A stretch of DNA of 64,000 bases from Opitutia bacterium. Its GTDB lineage: Bacteria; Verrucomicrobiota; Verrucomicrobiia; Opitutales; T3Sed10-336. Below the pieces are notes generated by a model. That model searched no databases. It saw nothing but the letters and a program-made list of their open reading frames with translations, and was not told the origin of the DNA. Position numbers and translations under genes: made by a program. The stretch covers positions 160,001 to 224,000 of the forward strand of contig JBJHCF010000001.1 of the NCBI GenBank assembly GCA_050506795.1. The letters are read 5' to 3'. Numbering within the stretch: position 1 is the stretch's first letter; every line of letters begins with the position of its first letter. Below are positions 51,551-58,672 of this stretch, piece after piece.

Positions 51551-51711
51551 AAAAACCTGACTTAACTACAACAACTTTCGAGGTTTTAGGATTCTAGCCG
51601 GAATGGCGTTCGGTTATGGAAATTGTCCGAAGCCGCGGGCTCTGGTCTTTTGACCACAGACGAAGCGGAGCGTAGATGGCGGAGCATTGCGCAGAAGACA
51701 CAGATTCAAAG
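51551..51711 (+). repeat. Dispersed ~150-bp repeat, copy 2, abutting the CRISPR trailer
   Basis: Colinear similarity to 35079-35224, including the end motif GAATGGCGTTCGGTTATG at 51601. Confidence 0.8.
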
Positions 51712-51723
51712 GAAGTCCGCGTG

Positions 51724-52339
51724 GCTTCAATCGGGCCGCGCTCCGAGGAGCGCGGATACAACTATTTTCCATCCGGCCCCATCCTCATATTCTTGCTTCA
51801 ATGGGGCCGCGCTCCGAGGAGCGCGGATACGAGCCCGATGCCACAAGGAGGACTTTCTCCTGTATCCGCTTCAATGGGGCCGCGCTCCGAGGAGCGCGGA
51901 TACATCGCCAGCGGCATCCAAAGCGCCCTGCAGCGTTCGCTTCAATGGGGCCGCGCTCCGAGGAGCGCGGATACGTTTTTTCCATCACCCTCTACTACCC
52001 CCTCCCAACCTGCTTCAATGGGGCCGCGCTCCGAGGAGCGCGGATACGTTGCCTCCGGCGCCTGGTTCAGCCCTCCGGACCGCCGCTTCAATGGGGCCGC
52101 GCTCCGAGGAGCGCGGATACTGCCGAGCTTTATTCTTGGAGATAACAAACCAACCAACGCTTCAATGGGGCCGCGCTCCGAGGAGCGCGGATACTCGTCC
52201 GAATTCGGCGCTTATGCTACAAAGAAAACGGCTTCAATGGGGCCGCGCTCCGAGGAGCGCGGATACCCAAAAACAGCCCAAGACACAGTCCCACAACAAA
52301 GTAGCTTCAATGGGGCCGCGCTCCGAGGAGCGCGGATAC
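51724..52339 (-). CRISPR. Type I-G CRISPR array: 9 repeats of 36 bp, 8 spacers of 35-38 bp
   Basis: Repeat GTATCCGCGCTCCTCGGAGCGCGGCCCCATTGAAGC (minus strand). Plus-strand starts 51724, 51795, 51868, 51939, 52012, 52085, 52159, 52231, 52304. Only the leader-distal repeat (51724) has a mismatch. Confidence 0.99.
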
Positions 52340-52560
52340 GGCAACTTCTTAAGTTGTTGAAAAGGAGGCGGATTCTCAAGCGTTTTCGCGCGGGGCTGGA
52401 AGCTGGATAGAGTATCGGTGATTTTGGGTGGATTTATGTCCAGGTTTAGGTTCGTCAAATAATTGAATGGCAATGATTGCGAGTGCCCACGGGGGCATTT
52501 TCACCACCAGGGCTCTCGCGGTTGCTGCAATCAATCTGTCAAAGAACGGCGAGGGCTTTT
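52340..52560 (-). promoter_or_regulatory. CRISPR leader
   Basis: Non-coding, AT-richer stretch between cas2 and the perfect end of the array, with a GCGAG...CTCGC inverted motif. Confidence 0.8.
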
Positions 52561-52851
52561 CTATACGACGTAGCAGGGGAGGTCCATCTTTGAATAGGTC
52601 ACGCCGATCGCGGTGATCGTTCGTTCTCCGCGGACGTGGCTGGGGCCGAGATCGACGAAAAGAACCTGATCTTCATCGTGGTTGATAAGGCTGTGCAGTT
52701 TTTCTTCAAACTCGGCCTTCTCCTTTGCTGTGAGGTCGCATTCGAAGACCGAAAGCTGAAGATGAACGCCATAGCCCTTGCAGGTCTTGAAAACTTTTCT
52801 CAACCGCTTGGGGTCGCAGATGTCGTAGGTGACGAAGAAATTTCGGCGCAT
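52561..52851 (-). CDS. cas2: CRISPR-associated endonuclease Cas2
   Basis: VTYDI...KRL.KV...GYG..LQ.SVFEC.L. Confidence 0.96.
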   Translation of the reverse strand: MRRNFFVTYDICDPKRLRKVFKTCKGYGVHLQLSVFECDLTAKEKAEFEEKLHSLINHDEDQVLFVDLGPSHVRGERTITAIGVTYSKMDLPCYVV

Positions 52852-52868
52852 GGGTGTTGGTGGATTTG

Positions 52869-54650
52869 TTACCTATTCACAAACGGAATATACTGTTCGA
52901 TTTCTCCGGTAAGCACGCGGGCCAGAAGGCGGAACTGGAGTTCGAGGGCTCGGCGGTAGCTGACTTGATAGCCGAAAACGGGATGAGTGATCGGGCTGTT
53001 GATCCGTTTTTCGTAGGCCAGAAAGAACGTTTTCCTTCCGTTGGCGGACAGTGTGACCGAATCGCCGGCTCGGATGAAATCGGATTGGCGAAGCATGCTG
53101 TTGTTGATCAGGGTCAGGACCACGGAATCGGCTATGAGGGCGCGGAACTCCTCGAGGATATCCAGCGCGAGGGCGGGACGCCCAAAGCGCGGCTGATGGT
53201 AGAACCCCACGTAGGGATCGAAGCCGGCGGAGAATGCCGCCAGTGTGGCATCGCGGGCCAGGAGGCTGTAGGCGAGAGACAGCAGCGCGTTGACCGGATC
53301 GCGGGGAGGACGCCGGTTCCGGCCCTGGAAATCGAAAGGGAACTCGAGTTGACTTGCCTCGTCCTGCTCCTTTTGGGTCGGAGACTCTTTGCGGCTCTTG
53401 ATCATGCCCGCGAAATGCCCGAAATACAGGTTGGCCGCCGCGCCTTCGATTCCCAGGAGACTGCCGTTGCTGCTGGTGGCCAGGGCAGATCGGGCGAGAT
53501 TCTTCATTTGCCTGAGAACGTCCCTCGGAGCTTCAGTATGGTTGCGCATCAAAAGTGTGCGCTGATTGCGGATCTTTCCGTGAACGAAAAGCCGGGCGTG
53601 GCCGACCGCCAGTTCCGGGTCGGCCGCGTGCCGGAACTGTTCGATGCGGGTGAAGACGTTTTTGAGGCTGTGACCACGGGTCATTCCGTAGAACCAGCCG
53701 CCCATGGAGAAATAGGTTATGGGGATGTCGCGTTCACAGAGCGCCTGGATGGCGCCGGTGGAGACCTGGATCGGACCGAAGACCGCCAAGTGGTGAATGT
53801 CTTTGAGGCGGAATTCGCCGACCGTTTTAATTTTTTCTTTGGCGACGAGGGTTTCGTCCTTCTTACCGAGAAATAGACCGGGTGTCTGGAGGTACAACGC
53901 GCGGGTGTCATCGGCCGGAGCGATCAGGCGCCTGATGTCCTGACCGTTTTTTAATGAAGGCATCCGGATCTCCGGGATGCTGACGAATGGCCCCTGGGAA
54001 AGTCGATCCAGAGGGTCATCAATCGGCATATCGAAGGAGAGCTGCTCCGGTTCGGGGGTTTCGAGTGGGCGAATGTGTTCGGCGAGGAGCCGGGTTTCAT
54101 CCGGCAGACAAACACCGACCAGCGAGCACCGCGGACATTTCGGGGAATCATTCAAGGGTTCCGGAATCGATCCCCGCATGCATTGGCGAGCGGCCTCGAT
54201 TCGGTCGTAAATCCAAACTTCGGCTTTTTCATCCAGTTCGAAAGTCACCCGCTGCCGGGTTTCCCGGTAAAAAACAATCCCCCGGGCGCACGTGTAGCCG
54301 TTTTCGCGCAGGAGAAGAATTTGTACACCAAGCTGAATTTTATCGGCGTCCCAGAGTTCTTTTCCATCGTCACTTTCTCGGGGGCGGCCCTTTTTGTATC
54401 CGACTGGCTGATACTCGATGCTGCCGGATTCTCCGACGGCGCCCTCAACCAGATCCAGTTTCGCCGAGACACCCATGATGTCCGAGAAAAGCGAAACAGA
54501 GCGGGAGTAGATGGTTTCGGGGGGTGGTGGAGTAGGGGAGTGGTGGAGTTGTGGAGTGGGGGAGTCGGCGACCTCGGGTGTGGGAGACTCGGGGGATGCC
54601 AGGTTGGCGGGATCGGACTTCGACGGAGTTTTGGCTACCTCATAAGCCAA
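52869..54650 (-). CDS. cas1: Cas4-Cas1 fusion; Cas1 appears intact, Cas4 half N-terminally truncated and catalytically altered
   Basis: Cas4: KLDLVE, PVGYKKG (expected D/E-Y-K), CPRCSLVGVC. Cas1: GKIRNQR, GIEG, RNRRPPRDPVNALLS.AY, GFYH, DILEEFR. TTG start is doubtful. Confidence 0.9.
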   Translation of the reverse strand: MAYEVAKTPSKSDPANLASPESPTPEVADSPTPQLHHSPTPPPPETIYSRSVSLFSDIMGVSAKLDLVEGAVGESGSIEYQPVGYKKGRPRESDDGKELWDADKIQLGVQILLLRENGYTCARGIVFYRETRQRVTFELDEKAEVWIYDRIEAARQCMRGSIPEPLNDSPKCPRCSLVGVCLPDETRLLAEHIRPLETPEPEQLSFDMPIDDPLDRLSQGPFVSIPEIRMPSLKNGQDIRRLIAPADDTRALYLQTPGLFLGKKDETLVAKEKIKTVGEFRLKDIHHLAVFGPIQVSTGAIQALCERDIPITYFSMGGWFYGMTRGHSLKNVFTRIEQFRHAADPELAVGHARLFVHGKIRNQRTLLMRNHTEAPRDVLRQMKNLARSALATSSNGSLLGIEGAAANLYFGHFAGMIKSRKESPTQKEQDEASQLEFPFDFQGRNRRPPRDPVNALLSLAYSLLARDATLAAFSAGFDPYVGFYHQPRFGRPALALDILEEFRALIADSVVLTLINNSMLRQSDFIRAGDSVTLSANGRKTFFLAYEKRINSPITHPVFGYQVSYRRALELQFRLLARVLTGEIEQYIPFVNR

Positions 54651-54690
54651 TCATTTGCCGGGGTGGTCGCGGGCGTTTTCCGGGAATGGT

Positions 54691-54897
54691 TTACAATTTC
54701 CACTGCGAGCCACCGAAGCGCACGGGCTTCTTTCCTTTAAAAAACCTGGCGGCGTCGCTCGCCCACTGGCAATAACGCTTCCGGGCCTCGGCGGTTTGTT
54801 CAACGACGCGCGGACTGCGTTCCACAGGCGATTGTTTCCATCCGCGTTCGGTCAGTTCGCGGAAGGCGTTCCGATCATTGTTTGTCAGACGCTTCAT
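54691..54897 (-). CDS. Small basic protein, partner of the upstream nucleotidyltransferase
   Basis: 68-aa ORF whose start overlaps the end of the nucleotidyltransferase gene. Confidence 0.55.
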   Translation of the reverse strand: MKRLTNNDRNAFRELTERGWKQSPVERSPRVVEQTAEARKRYCQWASDAARFFKGKKPVRFGGSQWKL

Positions 54898-55438
54898 ACC
54901 ATTCCTTCATAGCGTCGAGCTTAGCCTCCAGTTGGAAGATTTTCAAATAGTCTGAGATCAAGTCCCAGTTTGGTTGACGATTCTCCTCGTAGCAATGTTC
55001 GAGGAGCAGACGAATATCCGCCCAGTCGGAAGTATTTCGCTTAGGGTCGTTGACAGTGGCTTGAATTTTCAGGCCGATGATATCTTCGATCGCAACTACG
55101 GGAACGCGTAGGGATTCGGTGATTTCGAGGCGTTCCGCCCTGTCGAGCATACTGAGTGTCGGACTGCGAAAGGCGTGAAGAAGATCGATGCGTCCCAGGT
55201 TCGCATCGTCGGAGACATAGTGGGAAACATTCTCGCTTTTGAATCCGCGACGGTACCCAAATTTTTCCAGAACGGCATGTGTTTTATCCAGATCCTTCAG
55301 CAACAGGATAAAGTCCAGGTCCACAGTCGCTCGCTGTACGCCCCTCAAGGCCATAGCGAAGCCACCGATGAGGGCGTATCGGGCTCCTTCTTCATCAAGC
55401 GCGCGGGTGAGCTGGTCGAGGACAGTGATGAAATTCAT
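54875..55438 (-). CDS. Nucleotidyltransferase (AbiEii/DUF6036-like)
   Basis: YALIGGFAM...G..RAT.DLDF, RIDLL, EDIIGLK, D.ADI..L. Confidence 0.82.
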   Translation of the reverse strand: MNFITVLDQLTRALDEEGARYALIGGFAMALRGVQRATVDLDFILLLKDLDKTHAVLEKFGYRRGFKSENVSHYVSDDANLGRIDLLHAFRSPTLSMLDRAERLEITESLRVPVVAIEDIIGLKIQATVNDPKRNTSDWADIRLLLEHCYEENRQPNWDLISDYLKIFQLEAKLDAMKEWYEASDKQ

Positions 55439-55529
55439 TGGTATCAGGAATGCTTGACGGACATCTTCATTCCAATCGATTTACCGGAAGATTCGCTCGC
55501 CTGTCGAGTTCGGCTTTAGGCTACGGCCT

Positions 55530-55958
55530 TTACTTCAGCGGATTCACTCGCCTGATGCCTTGAAAGCGATCGAAGTCGCGATCATTGCTGAAAACCGTGG
55601 CGGAATGCTCCATCGCGTGGAGAGTGATCAGGGCGTCAGTGGAAAGGTTGCCTCCTGTCCCCGCTTCCTCCAACAAATCAAAGAATCGTTCGGTCGCGTT
55701 TTCAGAAGGATTGAGCGTGCGGACGTGGGGACAGGACCACCAGACCGTTGTGATGGCGCGAACCTGATTCGTCGAAAGGGGATCCTCGCAAAGCTGGGGG
55801 TGAGTCATCAATCGTGTGAACGCCAGCAGCACGACCCAGGGAATGCCTATGGATTCGCCGCCTGACAAGGCGCCTTCCCACCAGGCCCTTGCTTTTTTAT
55901 GGTACGGCGAGGTTTCGTCGTAGGCGTAAATGAGAATGTTGGCGTCCGGGAGGATCAT
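55530..55958 (-). CDS. vapC: PIN-domain toxin (VapC family)
   Basis: ILPDANILIYA, F.R..T.P, GGNL.TDA, S.DRDF.RF. Confidence 0.9.
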   Translation of the reverse strand: MILPDANILIYAYDETSPYHKKARAWWEGALSGGESIGIPWVVLLAFTRLMTHPQLCEDPLSTNQVRAITTVWWSCPHVRTLNPSENATERFFDLLEEAGTGGNLSTDALITLHAMEHSATVFSNDRDFDRFQGIRRVNPLK

Positions 55959-56209
55959 GGTTCCGCCACCCTCTGATTGGCTTCAGCCTCCACTTGGTCG
56001 TAAAGCTGATTCATGCTCATTCCCCGGTAGGCGGGTTTGATGCCGACTTTATGGGTTTGAATTCGGATTCGCTTGCGGGGCTGAGGGTCGGCGGCCAGTC
56101 CGCGTTGCAGGGTTTCCTCAAGAATCTCGCGCAGAGGCCGATTCCTCTCTTCCGCTCTGGCTCGCAAATCGCGTAGAATACCATCACTGATGTTGATTGT
56201 TGTCCGCAT
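55955..56209 (-). CDS. vapB: RHH antitoxin (VapB family)
   Basis: MRTTINISD..L..L...A.......EETL.RGL; stop overlaps the vapC start. Confidence 0.85.
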   Translation of the reverse strand: MRTTINISDGILRDLRARAEERNRPLREILEETLQRGLAADPQPRKRIRIQTHKVGIKPAYRGMSMNQLYDQVEAEANQRVAEP

Positions 56210-56214
56210 AATAG

Positions 56215-56244
56215 ACATCATGATGCCTAAACGCGAAAGGTCAA
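56215..56244 (-). promoter_or_regulatory. Probable vapBC promoter with operator palindrome
   Basis: Minus-strand TTGACC-N16-CATGAT with palindrome CATCATGATG just before the ATG. Confidence 0.5.
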
Positions 56245-56330
56245 GACGCTCGTGCCTTTTCCCGGGTCGATCATTTCCGATCAGGGTCGTCTCGTGGAGA
56301 ATCCGTGGGTGGAGCGCTTGCCGCTTCGTT

Positions 56331-57527
56331 TCAGGAACGCGACGAGCGGTCTTCACCGGACGGGGGAAGGCGGAGTGATGCCTCTTTCGCCGAGGACTGC
56401 TGCAGCGAACCGGACGCCGTTCCGGAGCCGCCGGTCCTCGCTTCCCTTTTTCGGATTTTCGAACGAAACAGCAGGTAATGCTTTTTCAGTCGCTCGACAT
56501 AGGCGGCGTCTTGCAGGACTACGGCTTCAAAGAGACGCAGGAGAGCGCCGGCGTACTCGGATTGCGGATTCAGCGGATCGAGGGTGGCGCCGGCCATATC
56601 ATGAGCGTCGTTCGAATTACCTCCGAGCCAACGCGTGTAGAACGCCTCGTCCTCCCAACCGTAGTTGATTGTCGCCAGAACCGTCTCCGGTCGCTCGCTC
56701 GACCGTACCTGGATAAGGACGCGGCGGCAGTCGCATTCCGGATCGACGCAGTACAGTTCGATGAAACCGTAATCCCCGGCGGGCAGACCCGATTGCGGTT
56801 TCTGAAGCCTGACACCCCGCGTCTCGTTCGCGGCGAGTTCCGGAAATTCGCTCGCAAACGAAGCCATCGCCGCCATCGGCCTTTCCTCGGGGAATGCATC
56901 GTTTGTTTTCGGATCCGACTCGAATGAATCGTCCGTCTCGTCGGCCGGAAGGGGGAGATCGAGATTGAAGAAGAGGTCTCCGACGGCCTCCATGTTCTCG
57001 GTGGAGAGCGTATAATAAAAACCTTCCCAGCCGAAGCGACGGAAGAGACGGAGAATCGTGCGCGCGACAACTTCGGGAGGGTCATCCGGGTCTTCCCGAT
57101 AGTGCGGTTTGCCGTCGCAACCGAATGTGAACTCCTCGGAACAATCCGATGCGCGCACACCTCCGAAGACGCGCATGGCTTTCTTGAGGTTCCGATTTGG
57201 AGCAAAGCCCAACGCGCGGGCGTACTCAACGGCGCCCTCGATGATCTTTCGCGCGCACGCCGGATCGATCTCCGGGCACTCTCCGATTTCTTGGATCTCG
57301 CCTCGCCGCTGCTCGTCGAACTCTTCCTCAGAGATGACCCGGTAGACCGCGCTCATGACGCCCCGGCAGTGAACGTCGACAAAAACGATCCCGACCTCCA
57401 CCATGCCGCCTGATTTGCGCCGCGCTCCCAAAATACGTCCCCAGCCAATCTCGAACAGGTCGGCGTTCATATCGGCGATAAGTCGCTTCTTTTCGGACGA
57501 TGCCTTGTTCCCGGTCATGAAGGACAT
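56331..57527 (-). CDS. Hypothetical two-domain Cys-containing protein
   Basis: N-domain (VDVHC.GV, ARKIIEGAVEYARALGF.P, FTFG.DGKP.Y) and C-domain (ETR, YCVDPECDCRRV, INYGWE, LDPLNPQS, RLKKHY); start uncertain. Confidence 0.75.
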   Translation of the reverse strand: MSFMTGNKASSEKKRLIADMNADLFEIGWGRILGARRKSGGMVEVGIVFVDVHCRGVMSAVYRVISEEEFDEQRRGEIQEIGECPEIDPACARKIIEGAVEYARALGFAPNRNLKKAMRVFGGVRASDCSEEFTFGCDGKPHYREDPDDPPEVVARTILRLFRRFGWEGFYYTLSTENMEAVGDLFFNLDLPLPADETDDSFESDPKTNDAFPEERPMAAMASFASEFPELAANETRGVRLQKPQSGLPAGDYGFIELYCVDPECDCRRVLIQVRSSERPETVLATINYGWEDEAFYTRWLGGNSNDAHDMAGATLDPLNPQSEYAGALLRLFEAVVLQDAAYVERLKKHYLLFRSKIRKREARTGGSGTASGSLQQSSAKEASLRLPPSGEDRSSRS

Positions 57528-57555
57528 TAGGACAAAATCACCCCCGAGACGGCAA

Positions 57556-57705
57556 GACCGGACGACTGACCGCAGCCATTTTGTCCGGTCGAGGGGCGTG
57601 GGACGAGAGGGGTACTTCAATGAGGCAGCGCTCCGATGAGTGCGGATGTTGCCGTCCGTAGCGCCGTGCTTCAGCCGGCGTCGGGATCGGGGTTGCAGCT
57701 GAAAC
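57556..57705 (-). ncRNA. Putative CRISPR-resembling RNA (solitary degenerate repeat with short flanking pseudo-spacers)
   Basis: 57614-57649 matches the array repeat at 29/36; a second element ending CTGAAGC lies 18 nt upstream (57668-57705); an 8-bp stem lies 23 nt downstream (57556-57590). Confidence 0.55.
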
Positions 57706-57767
57706 GGACTCTCGAAACACCGGGAGATCCCGCTGAGGCGGGGACCTACGCGAGAACCCGTAGCTTG

Positions 57768-58157
57768 TTACCTCCAAATGGTATCGATTCCGAAGGAAGC
57801 GAAAGCGCCGTCACGAGTGATCAGCGGGAGGTTTTCCGACTTTGACTGGGCGGCGAGCAGGCGATCGAAGGGGTCGCGGTGATCGTTCTCTATCAAGCCG
57901 GCGCGTTGCGCGTGAATGACGTCGAGGGGGAGGTGCAGCCAGCTTTCTTCGCGGGCGTTGCCCGCCAGATCCTGGATGAGACGTTCGGGAAGAGAAAGGC
58001 GGCCCAAGCGGTGTTTGTAGGTGATCTCGTAGGCCGAAACCGCGCTGAAGAAAATGCGGTTTCGCGGATCCCGGATCAGTCGTTGTGCTTTGCGGCTCAG
58101 GCGCTTTGGCGCACACCACCACCAGACCGCGGCGTGGGTATCGAGGAGGAAATTCAT
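57768..58157 (-). CDS. PIN-domain toxin (VapC/Sll0205-like)
   Basis: LLDTHA..WW, S.VSAYEI..K...G.L, HRDPFDRLLAAQ..E...LIT.D. Confidence 0.92.
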   Translation of the reverse strand: MNFLLDTHAAVWWWCAPKRLSRKAQRLIRDPRNRIFFSAVSAYEITYKHRLGRLSLPERLIQDLAGNAREESWLHLPLDVIHAQRAGLIENDHRDPFDRLLAAQSKSENLPLITRDGAFASFGIDTIWR

Positions 58158-58405
58158 TTCTCCGGGTCAATCGGCTGTTCCCATCGCGCCTGTTGGTCGT
58201 CATCGAGGGGCTCAAAGAACGCCTTGTCCGAAACGGGAGGCGCATCCGCGAACCGGCCGGGCGTGCGCTCCCGGGGAATTTCGGGGCTCAAACGGGCCAC
58301 CGGCTTGCCGTGGTTGGCAATGACGAACTCTTCCCCCTGTGCCACTCGCTTGAGAAGTTTGCTGAGCTGGGTCTTGGCCGCATGGATGTTGATCGTTTCC
58401 GCCAT
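58154..58405 (-). CDS. Phd/YefM family antitoxin
   Basis: INIHAAKTQLSKLL.RV..GEE.VI...GKPVARL; stop overlaps the PIN start. Confidence 0.92.
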   Translation of the reverse strand: MAETINIHAAKTQLSKLLKRVAQGEEFVIANHGKPVARLSPEIPRERTPGRFADAPPVSDKAFFEPLDDDQQARWEQPIDPEK

Positions 58406-58672
58406 ACCCTAAACAGTTAGTTTAAAAATCGGACTAGGTCAAGCGTTGAGCCGGTCATTCTGGCTAGTCGGTTTTTGGAATGACTTCCCAAACAATAACT
58501 CCGTCAGTTTGCCCAGGCTTAATGGTCCGGCTCAACGACGGACCTACACGGCGAAGGACAGACTTAAGAACTCCCGGTGCTGTGCGAACCGGTGGCCCTT
58601 CCATGTTGCCGCTGCCCACACCTCGTCTCCGGGGGTCATTCTTCGCGGTCATAGCTCTCTTTTTTCATGGAT

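Noticed and set aside
51927..51938. Spacer 3 shares CCTGCAGCGTTC with ~40140-40151, suggesting self-targeting
   Set aside because: Only 12 nt, the rest does not match; expected by chance in GC-rich DNA.
51623..52473. Repetitive ORFs (LQWGRAPRSADT, ASMGPRSEERGY)
   Set aside because: Translations of the CRISPR repeats, not genes.
54520..54600. Short repeated motifs (GGAGT/GGGGAG) as a DNA repeat array
   Set aside because: They encode the Pro/Ser/Thr-rich linker of Cas4-Cas1; no regular period.
57528..57620. TTG-start extension of the 429-aa ORF
   Set aside because: Begins inside the pseudo-repeat handle and spans the hairpin; a downstream ATG is more plausible.
55515..58560. Short matches of the 18-nt pseudo-spacer near TA genes (GCTACGG ~55520, ACGGCG ~56415 and ~58548)
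   Set aside because: Six to seven nt only and without a TTN PAM; insufficient to call a target.
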